From Nemertoderma westbladi (Eukaryota; Animalia; Xenacoelomorpha): a stretch of 64,000 nt of DNA. The notes under the pieces are model-generated. The model made no database searches. It was not told where the DNA came from and was given only the letters and a program-made list of their open reading frames with translations. The translations under genes were made by a program, and so were the position numbers. Below, one piece after another: positions 35,800-49,651 of this stretch (position 1 is its first letter; each line of letters begins with the position of its first letter). The stretch spans positions 100,161-164,160 of the forward strand of contig JAUCBJ010006805.1 of assembly GCA_032718475.1 (NCBI GenBank), written 5' to 3'.

Positions 35800-37580
35800 T
35801 CTACCTACTGCTTACCAACTCTAACTATCTAACTAACTCTGCTAACTACTAACTCTTACTACTTCTAGCTCTAACTGAGAGCCTCTAACTTTCTACTGAC
35901 TCTAACTCTCTACTAAGTCACTAAGTCTAACTAACTCCTACTAACTTTCTACTTCTACTAACTCTACTTGACTCCTCTGAGTCTACCAACTCTGCTAACT
36001 AGCTCTACTAACTCTACTCCACTAGCTCTGCTAACTCTACTCCACTAGCTCTGCTAACTCTACTCCACTCTTCTAACTACGTGGCGCTTGCGGTGCCCAC
36101 AACCACTCTACTATCTGGCACCCTATGTGCCCTCTCTACTACTCAACTACCTCTCTAACTCTACTACCTGGCACCCTATGTGCCCTCTACTACACTACGA
36201 CCTCTCTAACTCTACTACCTGGCACCCTATGTGCCCTCTCTACTACACTACTACCTCTCTAACTCTACTACCTCTAACACTCTAACTTTACTACCTGGCA
36301 CCCTACGTGCCCTCTCTACTCTTCTACTACCTGGCACCCAATGTGCCCGTCTCTACTCCTCTACTCCCCCTTTACGTCTCATCGCCTACACGTGACGTTC
36401 TGAGTGCCGGCAGAGTGGGTATGTTAATTATGTGAACTACTACTGACTCTACTATCTCTCTTCTAACTCTACTAACTCTTTTTTTTGTGCCCGGCACCTC
36501 TTGTGCCCGGCACCTTCTAACTCTACTAACTCTTTTTGTGCCCGGCACCTCTTGTGCCCGGCACCTTCTAACTCTACTAACTCTCTTAACTCTCTACTCT
36601 TCTACTTACGTGGCGCTTGCGGTGCCCACAACCACTCTACTATCTGGCACCCTATGTGCCCTTCTACTACTCAACTACCTCTACTACTAACTCCTTTTGT
36701 GCCCGGCACCTCTCGTGCCCGGCACCCACCCTAATTAACATACCCTGCTCTAACATCAAACACGTCATCACGCCCGTGCCCCATTAAGTTCAACGCATTC
36801 CCTACTAACTCTAACTACGTGGCGCTTACGGTGCCCACAACCTCTACTGCTCTACTACTTCCTAACTAGCGGTACTTACGTACCCTCTAACTCTAACTAG
36901 GTACTACGTACCTACTAACTCTAACTCTAACTAGGTACCACGTACCTACTAACTCTAACTCTAACTAGCGGTACTACACACCCTCTAACTCTAACTCTAA
37001 CTAGCGGTACTACGTACCCTCCAACTCTAACTCTAACTAGGTACCACGTACCTACTAACTCTAACTCTAACTAGGTACCACGTACCTACTGACTCTCTAA
37101 CTAACTCTAGGTACTACGTACCTACTAACTCTAACTCTAACTAGCGGTACTACGTACCCTCTAACTCTAACTCTAACTGGCGGTACTACGTACCCTCTAA
37201 CTCTAACTAGCGGTACTACGTACCCTCTAACTCTAACTCTAACTGGCGGTACTACGTACCCTCTAACTCTAACTCTAACTAGCGGTACTACGTACCCTCT
37301 AACTCTAACTCTAACTAGCGGTACTACGTACCCTCCAACTCTAACTCTCTAACTAACTAACTAACTCTAGGTACTACGTACCTACTAACTACTCTAGCTC
37401 TCTCTACTAGCTAGCGGTACTACGTACCTTCTTACTCTTACTAAATACTAACTCTCTCTCTCTTACTAACCGGTACTACGTACCCTTTAACTCTTACTCT
37501 CTCTAACTAATGGTACTGCGTACCCTCTAACTACTCTAACTGACTAACTAACTAACTCTTACTACCTAACTTACTTCTAC
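35800..37580. repeat. Low-complexity/minisatellite block inside C: (ctctaa)n interleaved with ggtactacgtacc and gtgcccggcac motifs
   Basis: Directly visible repeats; + strand very G-poor. Confidence 0.85.
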
Positions 37581-37614
37581 CTACTTTATTATTTAATTAT
37601 TTTATTGTTTTTAA

Positions 37615-40600
37615 TTAAATAATTATTTTATATTTTGTGCGTGGGAAGGGCGTATCGCCCTCATTCCCACCCCCCTCAGTCCAAAACTTTGGACGACTAA
37701 AAACTCTCACGTGCCCCTTCTTCCGGTAGGCACTCTCCTGCTGCTCTCCTATACGTCCTTTAACTCTTCGCCACACTCTCTTCGGTGCTACCTTTGCTGG
37801 CCTCCCCCTTCGTATGTGCGCTGGCATTAAAGCCCTCGACGACCCCCGCTCGTCCCTCGGTATACACGGCGTCTGCCCATGTAATGCCCCCTCGCACTGT
37901 GTCAGTCCTGCGTGTGTATGCAACACGCCTCCTTCTACTTTCCCGACTCCTTTATGTTTACTCATGGGCTTCTCTGCCCCTGGTTTAGTCCTTTCACATC
38001 CTCTCCCTTTCCAACACTCTCCGGACCTGTGTCCTTTTACCACACATCGATGACATAGTCCGTTTGCGTCTGTGTAGGCTACACGATCTCGTTTGGGCAA
38101 CGCTTGCCAGTACTTACAACTCCTGGTCTTATGGGTTCCGTCCCGATGTAATTGACATTGGAATCCTGGATTATAGCGTTTCCTGTATAGTCCTTCACGT
38201 ATCGCGCTTAGGTTTATATGTACCGATTTTATGTTTCGATTGTCTAGACTCGGCCTACTGGGTATATTGGGATTGTGTTTATTTTTGGTGTTATTTTCTT
38301 TCTGTCCCTGCCACGGTGTGGCCCTGCTATCAACTAACTGTGGACTAGCAGTCCCCTGTATGGCCGCGTGTGGTAGCGACTGTCCGCACGACCTGCTCTC
38401 GTCCAGGGAGTTCGATGTTCTTGCTCCTATCGGGGTATATTGTCGATATTGTGATGGGGGAATGTCACCCTGTCCCCCCCCAGCCCGTATGTTTGGTACT
38501 GGGGTTGATGTTAATACATTGGGGCCCATACGTCTATCTCCAATAACTCCCCCCTCCCCTGGATATATGTTATGTCCCTGTGTATTATAGTCATGCTGCT
38601 GTACCGATATAGGCCTACCTACCTCTCGCCTACCTACCGGTATATACTCCGCGACTTCCGGGTTTAATCCCGTCGTTCGCGCTACCCCATCGCCTACTCT
38701 ATCTCTCCCAGCATGGCCTATAATAGTATGTGCAGTAAGGCCTACAGTATGTCCTGCAGTCTGCATGTGCCCTTCCGAACCGAAGTTTATTCTTCGCGAA
38801 TCTCGAATCTCCCCGCGACTACCGTACTCTCGATCGGCAGCTATATCCCGTCGGGAAGCTTCTCTCCGATCCCCTCTCCTGTTCTCGACTTTGTATTGGT
38901 ACGTCTTGTACCCCTCTCTTGGCGTGCGGTGCGTTTCTCCGGGGCGACGGCAATCTCCCGAAGTTCGACCCCACTGGCTCCCTGACTCCATCTCTACTAT
39001 CGACGGTTCGTTATCCGTCCTCGCACTCCTATCATTCGTGGCGACACCTTTTCTACTATCTCCTCTTCTTCTCTTTTCAGTGCAGTATTCCGGCTCATGA
39101 GATCTCTCGTCAACCTCCCGGTTAAACTCCACTCTTCTTCCTCCCTCTTCTAATCGGGCTCGACGCTTCGTCTGCCCTCTCGCGACGTCAACCTGCCTCT
39201 CTCTGCTCGATCGCACGCCGCCGGGGATACTCGCAATCCCCCTATTACTCTCCGTCGCCGGGTGTTGCGGTTTACCTGATTCGGCCCGCGCATTATCCGC
39301 TGACGGCTGTGGGACACTCTCTGCCCCCCCTCTCTCTCTACTAACTTCTCGCGGTGGGGTGTCCGTAGCCCCCCCCCACCCGCCACTTCTAACTTCACTA
39401 CCTCTTACTACACTTCTACACCCCTCTTGTGGGGCATTCTCTGCCCCCCCTCTCTCGCCACTAATCTTATGTGGTGGGGCGCCCGTAGCCCCCCCCCCAC
39501 TCGCCACATCTAACTTCACTATCTCTTACTTCGTCTCTACACCCCTCTCTAGTCGACGCACTGTCTCTACTACGGCTGGGTCTATTCACCCCCGCCTCTC
39601 TCTCTACTACTGCGTGGCCTACCAGGCCCACCTCGGGTTGGCTCAATCGCGCCACTTCCTGCCTACTAACTACGTGGCCTACCAGGCCGCCGTCTGCCGG
39701 GCTATACACGTCTGACGCGTTCACATTAATAGCACCATTCCCAATATTATTTGTTAAATCAATTAAATTATTAGAATTTGAAACGGGATTATTATTTAAA
39801 TTATTTAAATTACTTAGATCACTACTATTCTCTAAACTTAAATTATTATTCGAATTATTTTGCGGGTTTGAATTGAAATTATTATTTAGAGTATTTGTAT
39901 TTAAATTTAAATTACTACTACCCGGTAAAATATTATTTCCTGTAATAAAGGGATTAGGATTATCTACTACGGTACTATTAATATTAACATTTCCTAACGT
40001 ACTACTACTACCCCCCCGCCCGTACGGCTACACCAGTTCTGGTTCTCTCGCCCGGTGTCTGTAAGTGGGGTCTCACTCTCTGACAGTTCCAACCGCGCCA
40101 GTTCTAGTCGGCGCTGATTCAGTTTGGCTTGATGTTGCATAATCCCCCTTAGTAGGGCATGCAAATCATCCCGCCTGCGCTTACACTCTATCCCTCTCTG
40201 TCGCATATTCTGCTCGGCCAACTCTGCCTCTCTCGCAATCATCTCAAGCCGCCTCGCCGGCTCGCTCTCTACTCCCATCTCTCGCTCTCTACACTCCTTG
40301 GCTCTCTCTCTAAACTCCTCGGCTTTCTCTCTATACTCCTTTTCCGACTCTCCTAACTCCTCTGAGAATGCGGTTTCCTCTCTCAATTGTCTCTCTAACC
40401 CATTCTGCTCTGTCTCAACTATTTCTAATTTATACGCCATGCGTTCACTCTCTCGCACCCGTCTTTCTTTTACGGAGGATGTAGCAGACTTATCGGTTGC
40501 GACGGACTCCCGTCGCCCCTCCGTCCCACTAACTTTCCCCCGCCTCCCGGAACTTCCTCCGACCGACGAGACCGAATCCTCGGAGTTAACCTCGGATTCG

Positions 40601-41292
40601 CCCTCCTCAGGTCTCTTCCAACCCACTAATTTTACTCCCCGGGCATCGACTAAGTATGGCCCTACGTACACTACGCTAGGTTCCATACCCCCACATTCCC
40701 ACAGTTTAAACAGTTCGAAGGCAACTCCCCACGCCCTCAACTCTGCTAGTTCTCTCTGTCCAGAACACACTAGGTGATCAAAGTATCTGTTCGACTCACC
40801 TAGTCGCTTTCTCAGTCTCACCTCGTCTATCTTCGCCCCCTCCTTGGCCTCCTTTAGTAGTTCCCGGGTCGCGTTGTAGGCCCGTCGAAGTCGATCAGAA
40901 ACCCCGACATCCTCGTCGCCGATCTCTCCTCTGTCTCTTCGGGTCCGACGTCGTACCGACGGCCCCACCGTTGCCGTTCCGGTGGACCGTTCGTCGTCCT
41001 CGGCCTGTGGCTGGCCGGTGACATCGGTATGTCGACCCTCGCTCCGCGTCGACTCGTCTTTCTCTTCTCCTCCCGACTCGTCTCCTCTACTCGACTCGCT
41101 CTCTCCTGGTAGACGACCCCCCACATCTTGGTTCGCCGTGTTGCTCGTTATCGACGTAGCGTCAACCTGCGTCGACGTGGTCGGCGTAGCATCGACCGGC
41201 GTCGTGGGTTCGTATCGTCTCGCCGTGGCCTCGCGGATCGTTAGATCGTCGTCCGGGGTCCGCGGCGGTGTCGTTCCTTTCTCTCGACTCAT
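37615..41292 (-). pseudogene. gag: Gag-like region of C, split into 432-aa, 85-aa and 634-aa frames
   Basis: Coiled coil in the 432-aa part; BEL-style knuckles CQLHRDGTHKTRSC...LCHRCVVKGHRSGEC in the 634-aa part; an Asn-rich linker (39720-39990) bridges the frames. Confidence 0.6.
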
Positions 41293-41412
41293 CTCGCCTT
41301 TGGTAGCTGGCAGCCACAGTCTGTCAGTTGGTTAGATCTAGTTCTATCACTGTCAGACTGTTAGGGCAGCTGCTAGGATTCTATCTCTGTCAGGGCAGCT
41401 GGGCGGATCTAG

Positions 41413-41421
41413 TTCTGTCAC
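41413..41421 (-). promoter_or_regulatory. Non-tRNA PBS of C, complementary to LTR 41600-41608
   Basis: Minus gtgacagaa directly after the 5' LTR pairs with ttctgtcac in the LTR; imperfect pairing continues for ~40 nt. Confidence 0.6.
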
Positions 41422-42714
41422 TGTGACGGGATCTACGGATCCCGGTTTATCCGTTGGGTTTTCTATCCACGCGTCCCCGCCGTTGTGTGAAAGGTAAAAT
41501 AGTTCTGATGTTGGGTAATATGTATAAAGGTATAATAGTCTGATAGTTGATATAGTATAGTATGACACAACAGGTAATATATAATGGCGGTAGCGGACGG
41601 TGACAGAAGTCCCCGTTCCACCCTACTGATCTGACTGAGTAAACTGAATGAATGATTACAGGTTACTGGTTATATTGCACGGTGGCCTTATTGCTACTCA
41701 ATCGATGCCTTTCCTCCCTCTGATTGGTTGATATCCCTGTTGGCACCCTTTGGAGTGTTTCCCTTCACTCCCTGTGTTCTCTCTCGGTTAGGGGTTTGGC
41801 CCCTGACCCCTATTGTGTGTGTCTCCTTTGGGGCCTATTGTCCCCGTTTACTGGGCTGACACGAGGTTGATTGGTAATCAACCTCGTGCTCCCAATATTG
41901 CTTTATGGCTCATTCTATGGGTTTGTGTTAGCGGAATTGGATAAGCTAACACAAACTACGGTATATGCAGACTCCGAAATGATTAGTTAGTATGCGTTCT
42001 AACCTAGTAGTACGACTTATTCTTTCACAGGGGGTTTACCTCACAGCACTTGAAGCCCCTACGTTCCCAACTAGCACTTTATCGGACAGATGCTCTACAC
42101 ACACTGAAATTTCCTCAAACCCAACAACAGCCAGACAACTATCCAGCCTACAAATTATCTAAATAAAATTATACGCTACCCGTACAGACTACACAAACAA
42201 AGTACAGACCAAACGATGGCAGACTACTATCAAGCCCAAATACACTACAGTATATGCAGACTCCGAAATGATTAGTTAGTATGCGTTCTAACCCAGTAGT
42301 ACGACTTTTTCACAGGGGGTTTACCTCACAGCACTTGAAGCCCCTACTTTCCTAACTAGCACTTTATCGGACAGATGCTCTACACACACTGCAATCCGTT
42401 CAGACTTAACAACAGTTAGACAACAGTCAAGCCTACAAATTATCTGTACAATCTGAGCAGGCTTACACGCCTTCTGCTCAATACTGGCCTACAAATAAAT
42501 AAAACTGACAGAAATAAGTAAGCTCCAAAAGAAACAAGGGGTGTACAGTCCCTAATCTCTTAAACAGCCTACCGGTATACAATACCACAATCGAATAATA
42601 CTGCTGTACCTGTACTGCTGTAGGTACCGGTCCGGATGATCAGGCAGTCAGGCCTACTGGTTACCGGTCGACCGGTACTTTAGACTAGATTGCTTACACC
42701 GCAATCTAGAAGCA

Positions 42715-42725
42715 ATATCTGTTAT
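42715..42725 (-). promoter_or_regulatory. Non-tRNA PBS of B, complementary to LTR 43419-43429
   Basis: Minus ataacagatat directly after the 5' LTR pairs with atatctgttat at the LTR position homologous to that of A. Confidence 0.7.
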
Positions 42726-43948
42726 TGTTTGCGCTTTTAAGACCTTTGACAGTTTAACCTGCCAAATTAGGATGTCTTTTAGATGATAGATAGTCTTTAG
42801 CCTATGACGAGTATTTGATACACTACATTAGCCGAAGCCAGTCTATGCGCAATCATTCACCCGCTGGATATACCCGGGAGACTGAATTCGGAAGCTTAAT
42901 GATTGATGGTGTAAGCCTACTGTATTATTCGACTGATCGTAATATATAATCTCTGCCAAATATTATTCACTTTCGGGAAATATTAACAGTTCCTTTAGGA
43001 CGTGGCGCTCTAAATATGTAAACAGAGTTATGTCTTAAACCAGACGCAATGAGATGGCTATAGATTCACGTATATGGCGCATTCTTTAGGATATGCTTTG
43101 TTATCGGTCACAATCATACACAATGCTGCACAATGCTGCACACCAATCTGCCGACCTTCACTAATTTTAGTCACATACAAAGAGAATAACAGACAATACA
43201 TGTAGGGCCTATAAAATAGCATTAGATTCACTTCACACCACTTAACATAAGTCGCAATCGTTTATATGTAACCGGTCTCTCTAACCTTTAGTATATCAAG
43301 AAGATTGGGGTGTCTGACTATTGATCAGTATTCCAAATATAATCTTCCATCAACAAATATAATGAATAACCGACAGCAAAAGCAGTAATGTTAAGTAAGA
43401 TATGCATGATATGTTTAGATAACAGATATACGTTCTATAATTAAGCCTACTAATGTTAAGCTAAAGACTGAAACACGGAGGTGCCAAAAGCCGGTGTTCT
43501 TAGGCTCTGGGCAAAAACATAACACTGAATTCCTGAGTTTCTGTATCCAACCTCCAACACAGAGACAAAAAACGCTCTGATTGGTCGACCGTACAAAGAG
43601 AGAACAAAGAACAAAGAAATGTTCGACGTGGCAATATCAGCTGTTAGCCGTCGTCATGGTAGCGACACTGTTTTCAAGAGTATCCAGCTTATTGCGTCAC
43701 GAAATTGCGGATTATGTCCGCTAAAGTACACCTACAGAAGAAATTACTTTTATGTCCTCTAAAACACCAGTACAGTAAGGACACGGCCTTTTTATGCCCA
43801 GTAAACCAACTACAGAGTACTTTACGGGGAAAATAACCAGCTAATTACGCAAAAGCTTTTACAATCAGTTATAAAATATAATAATGTAGGCCTAGATACT
43901 GTGCCTACATACCTGTTACATACATACCTACATGCCTGTTATTTGCAG

Positions 43949-44112
43949 CTGGATTTTGTATTCTGACGACTTCGATGGTTCAACCGACATCGCCAAGCCC
44001 GGGAACTACTCAACTATTCAACTGTCTAATACGGCCAACTCACTCAGTTCCTTGAGACTCATTCTTGAGAATGGAATGACACTGTTTAACGAAACATTCT
44101 ATAGAGGTAGAG
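43949..44112 (+). CDS. Beta/gamma-crystallin-like exon
   Basis: Acceptor tttgcag| (phase 2), then WILYSDDFDG..KPGNY..ANSLSSLRL..MTLFNETFYRGR; candidate donors at 44107 and 44113. Confidence 0.7.
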
Positions 44113-44999
44113 GTACAGGATTATATTACATCTAAATTATTTTTCATTTCATTTTATTTCGTTTAATCAATTACATTGATATAATAAAATTGCACACGTA
44201 ACAACAGTAAAATTATATGACAATTGACTAAGTGGTTCAGATCAACTAAGTGTTTAGTAACAATAAATAATGAGATTAATCCATCATTTATAGTTCAATA
44301 TGTTACAAGTCAAATAAATTAAAATGTTAGTATTGCACAATAGCAATGGTTAATATAAATAGTATTGGATTTCTGAAGAAATAAAATCAATAAACTATTT
44401 GAATACAATTGAACCCGGTACAGTATGGTCCTAATGTGGTGGCCACCAAAGTGTGTTGAAGACTGTCGTCACATTCATTGGATGTGCAACTTTGTTAGGG
44501 GATACCTTAGTAGTCCTGAATTCTCTTGGTCTCTTGATAATTTTGGTCGAATGTCGAACCATGAGTGTTTAGGCAATAAAGTGTTGAGTCAGTGTCAAAT
44601 GTATCCTTCACTGAAAGATTTCCAATCTGGAATCTTGATGTAATCATATTCGTGTTGTAGTTGTAAATCAATAGTGAGCCTAAGTTAGGTAGGGGTGATA
44701 GTGGCAATTATCCTTGTTATAAACAGAGGAAAGGCCAATGTAGGGCAGGTGGTAACAATTATCCTAAAGGATATTTTTTTGGAATTTGCCCTCTGTATCA
44801 GCCTAAATATCGTTGCAGTGCATTGTCTGCATGCCACTAATGAAATCGGAGGACATCTAGAAACCTTACTTACTAACGTTACTAACGTAAGTCTAACATG
44901 CATTAATTCCCAATGTTTAGTTTTAGATTATAGAGAAATTTAATTCAGTGTTTGGTACATGTAGTTGTTATTCTAGTCTGCAATTTCTTATTTATCCAT

Positions 45000-46810
45000 A
45001 CATCACCGGCTCCAAACTCCTCAAAGATCTAGCCAATCAAATAAAAGAAATAGTTACCGAACTCGCTGGGATAACGTTTACTCTCACCTCGATTGAAGAA
45101 ACCTCCACAAAACTCAAACAAGAAGTTCACCAGCTGTCTGCAGAAAACGAAGACCTCAAGCAGTAAATCCAGAGACACAACGTTCTCCTACATGGGTATG
45201 ATGGGATCCTGGTTGGCAAAGGATTCTGACCCGTTTCTGTGATATCTTAGTGATATACGCATTGTTGCATTAATGGACTGCCGCCAGATGTTGATGACCG
45301 TGGGCTGGTAAAATAAAGAGTTAGATGGTATTTCAAATGATGTTATTGATCATAGATGTTACTACCGGTTCACAAATAAATGCAGTATTACACAGTAACG
45401 GGAAACAGTTAAAAACTGTGCGACATCCTACATGGTATAATACTGCCAACTAAACTAACTAGCACAAGGTAATGGATATATATGCATGTGGAAACATTGG
45501 GGGAAAACATTACACACCATCCTACCTACTGGCCAACCAATGGATACACGATCCCCCCTAACTGCCATGTGTGGCCTCCCTCCCTATTGGTCCATTTCCT
45601 CCCCATGCAGTTGTTCTCTGTCCCCTTGGGACTGTGTTAGGTCCTATTGCCCTGAAATGGTTGAGTAAACCATCTCATGGCTATATTAGCTGACTGATTC
45701 TTCAGAATGCAATATTGGTTACATTCATAAATCAGTCTATCCCCTCATTCTGCTGGTAGGTGGCGTGTGTTTCATGGAATGTATCCGCTTACAATGGGAT
45801 CACTTTGTCCAATGATAAGCAGTCTTCCGCATCCTAGCATGGGTTGGAATATCTCCTGGGTCCATGGATGTGTTCCATCGCCCATGCCAGAGAAAGCACC
45901 CCAGCCCCATCACCTGTTCAGGCGGAGATAAACAACGACTGATTTTAATCCGGTTCCTTGGTCACTCTCACTGCATCATCGCTCTCCAGAACAACAAAGT
46001 TCTGGAAAATCAGGATCAGTATTTTACCAAACATCTCACCCCAGTTAGAGCCACCTTACTAAACAAAGCTAAGTCTCTCAAAAAAAAGAAGAAAATCTAT
46101 GCCACGTACACCCATAATGGCACCGTTTTTTGCTGAAGAAAACTGGATAATCTGTTTTGGTTCTGATTCACGATATCTTCCAGCTTAACGACTTGATGGG
46201 GAACAATGTTAGTGGGAGGAAATTGGCTGCTCAGCGTAACCGGCTCCAGGTGAGACGGTTCCGATGACCATATCCAATACGTTTGGAGCGCTCAACAAGC
46301 ACTCCCCAGTTGGGATGATCCGGATGAATGAGCAATCTATCCGAATATCTAATAATTAATTCTAGAATATTCCATATATACGCTGTTACCGCAGGACCAT
46401 TGTCTGGTAATTGGTAATCGTTTTTAATCAGAATCTGGGTCCGGTATAAATCACACTTAGGAACAATCAAATTGCATTACTGCCAAACTAGGTTTAGCTG
46501 ACTACAATTTTGCTTGCCCTATACCCTTACATTTCTTAATTCTGCCTTCCTTAACTACCCCGCCCACTCGCCAATGTCTCTCTCACACTCACCCAATTCC
46601 TGTTACTTCTGTTACTCACTCATGAATTGCTCAGATTATTTTTTAAAATGTAGCATTTGCTATAATTCCTTCCACCTTCCGTGTGGGTCTCATCTATCTG
46701 CTTCCGAGTTGAGTGGACAGGAGATGTCTCCCTTCTGTCTCTTTTCTCAAAAGGATATATATCTTTCTAATTGCCTTCCTTTTCAATATTTAGGAAAGGA
46801 AGAGCTGCAA
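45000..46810 (+). mobile_element. Degenerate CR1/L2-type LINE 5' fragment (ORF1 coiled coil and C-terminus, PHD-like start of ORF2)
   Basis: KLKQEVHQLSAENEDLKQ; ILIRF..FTKHLTPVRATLLNKAKSLKK..TYTHNG; CYFC..KCSICYNSFHLPC..LPFQYL. Confidence 0.55.
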
Positions 46811-46869
46811 ATGAATAAAAAAATAAAAAAAAAATAAAAAAAAAATAAATAAAAAAATAAAAAGTTGTA

Positions 46870-48400
46870 GTCCTGCTTGAGTTGAATTAAGCGATCTGAA
46901 ACACCATCCGCAAGTTTCTTGTTGGTTCGATATAATGTATATCACTGGGAACAAATTTATCTTCAGTATCAGTGAGTTTGGCATATTTTGCGAAAACCTC
47001 CTGTCCTCCCTCCGCACTTATACCATAACGAATCAGAACAGCAGCAGGGTGTTGTTATATTGGAAGTAGAAGCTTCACCATCACCATCATCATCTAATAC
47101 AGTGAAACTTGTAGATGTAGAAGGTGACAAATTATTATATGATCTTTCGGCTCTAGTTGATATGTGAGCATTGGCTGTAGCTCTTTTTGTACTGCATTTC
47201 CATGCAGATATGTCAATAGAAGTCATGCCACCGCCTTTTCCTGATTGACGATTTGTGTACCACATCAGATCTTCTTTCAGATCCCATTTAGGGTGTGAGG
47301 CTGCCTAGAATGATATTAGAGAATCACAACTTTCCAGAAAGTTACTTCTTTTTTGATGCCTAATATGATTTGGAAATTCTTTAGAGTAGTATTGCGATGA
47401 GATTCGTATCTTAATATTTGTATTAGTGTTACACTGTATTCCATATTCTTTATACAATGTCTGAACGTCCTGAGAGAGACGATTTATTGAGTCACCTAGA
47501 TTTGAATCTTCATGTATAAATGCTAAACGTTTAATAATTATTCTTTTAGAGAGATCTTCACTTCTTGGTAATTGTCTGATGGCATTTCCCAATAATTTGA
47601 CAATTTGGCAGCTTGAAGAACGTGTATTACTCATATTAAATATAGATGACACATAGGTATGACAGATTGACAGAAAAAAGTTTAGACTGTGAATGTGAAA
47701 GTTTTTTCTAGTGACAGTACCGGTACTCCTACTCACACTCACTACTGAGTAGTACAAGGCCTACATCTCTTTGTACAGTGTTCTAGTTCTGTAATACAAC
47801 ACTGTCAGACTCGTGCTCACAATAAAAAAAAGTTTATTAGACTGTGCAAGTGAAAGTTTTTTCTAGTGACAGTACCAGTATTCCTACTTACACTCACTAC
47901 TGATTAGTACAAGGCCTACATCTCTTTGTACAGTGTTCTAGTTCTACAGAACTAGAACACTATTTATACAACACTGTCAGACTCGTGCTCACAATTGAGC
48001 CTCATGGTATGACTATTTAAAGATACCGGTATTACATCATACCATATTCAGCTGTTCAGGGCTAAAATGATTTAATGCAATTTTTCATCATATAAACTCA
48101 ACTTTATCTGCTTTTTAAGGGTTCCTACCCCCACTATATCACTGATTGCGGTTCGAATGAGCCTAATATGACCGATTATGACCGTGTGACCTCAGGAAGT
48201 CGAGTGAGCATATTTTTCCATCCTCGTACCTTCCATGACAGACGCGGAATATAATAGATTTGAAAATTACTGGTGGGGGAGCCGTAAACATTTATATTTT
48301 CAAACAAAAATTGGTCAGCATTCTTTTTAGACCAGTATCCACCAAATGACTCACGGAAATCGTAAAAATTTCCAAAATTTTATTTTTATGAAACACCCTA
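46870..48400 (-). mobile_element. Decayed DNA-transposon fragment (transposase N-terminal-like region plus left end)
   Basis: Broken frames QLPRSEDL..VQTLYKEYGI..IKIRI..EDLMWY..GGMTSID; ~155-bp tandem duplication at 47673-47995; possible terminus tagggtgtttc at ~48400. Confidence 0.35.
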
Positions 48401-49250
48401 GTGTTCTTGCAGTTCACAAAAATCACACATGTTCAACAATTCACTTATGCATATGCATTGGCTGTTCGAGATAAATCTAGGTGGATTAAATGAAACAGTA
48501 CTTAAATCTATCACTTTTCTGTACTCCGAGAAAGTTTTTATTCTAAACACCCTGTCTGTGATGTCGAGATTCGTAATTTATTTCATAGATGTGTGGTGTG
48601 CATCATCTCATTTTCGTTCGACTCCATTAGCATTCCAAGCCGCCTTCCTAGATCTAAGTTGTTCCCTATGGTCCATATGGTTCTGCTTATATATCCACTC
48701 TCGACAAGTTATACTATCCTACCACATTGTCTTAATTGTGATTTCATCTAATATACAAAGGTCTGTGGTTATGCGCATGTTTTTAGAGTCACTCTGCCTG
48801 TTGATCCTGGTTGTAATTATATGTACTGGCATGTTTTTACCCTCTAGAAAGTCAATTACATCCTGCTCAGAGTGTGGACGATGGATTCCATCAAGAAACA
48901 CTGATTCCTTCTCAGCACACTTGATTGGATCATGCTTTGTTCTTGAGTTTGAGATGGATAGTTCTATATTGATGACATTAGTTGGTTGATTGATATTTTT
49001 TTGCCCCCTTTTGAGTTTTGCCATATACGTTGTATGTTGTTGGATGATTGTGGTATCTTCTTCGGAAAATGATTCCAACCATATTGGGGCAAAATCTCCC
49101 TAGTGTTAGCGGTTTGGATTGGTGCCAATACGTAATTGTATGCATGCATCTATGTCAGAGTTGTCAACTAGGCCTATATCCGCTAGTCGAGCCCTCAGTG
49201 TATTTTCGGTCATAGTTGTACATTCTGGTTCTACATTACCACTAGGGCCA
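48400..49250 (-). mobile_element. Degenerate LINE fragment (ORF1 C-terminus and start of the APE endonuclease)
   Basis: VFLDGIHRPHSEQDVIDFL..NMRITTD..W*DSITCREW, followed by a broken VSFN..ISELL..FL..E pattern. Confidence 0.45.
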
Positions 49251-49651
49251 ATGCAGGACAATAATGTGTTGCATCATTGATTGATTTTATTGTCATCATT
49301 TCAATTTAGCGCACATAACAAAATCAATTTAACAATCAACAGGATAATAATGACCATTCATGAACTCAATTAACACGTTATTATTTCAAAAGAACTTTAA
49401 CCTAAAGTACGTTAGCACAATAAATTTACTTTCATTACATTGTACACAATTATGATAATATCAATATCAACATACGTACGGCCGTGTGAAGCATGGTCTT
49501 AGTAATTCGAGTGTCCATTAAAATAAACATTTTAAATAAATAATAAGTAGTAAATAAATAAATGATAGTGCCATAGAATTTAACTAGTAAAATGCAAAAA
49601 TAAAGTAAATCTGAAATTAGGTAATTGTATCCTGTCGGGTGTCGCTGTTAC

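Larger units (their letters stand above)
34866..41951 (-). mobile_element. LTR element C (BEL-like Gag only, no pol), nested in the 5' leader of B
   Basis: 530-bp LTRs at 34866-35395 and 41422-41951 (one difference seen); TSD CAAAC (34861-34865, 41952-41956); PPT (minus-strand poly-G/gag tract) at 35396-35405; the empty site matches the A leader (caagcctaaacaaactacgg). Confidence 0.92.
23193..43863 (-). mobile_element. BEL/Pao LTR retrotransposon B, same lineage as A, non-autonomous, carrying nested element C
   Basis: 1138-bp LTRs at 23193-24330 (3') and 42726-43863 (5'), about 7 substitutions seen by eye; TSD ATCAG (23188-23192, 43864-43868); interior colinear with A. Confidence 0.95.
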
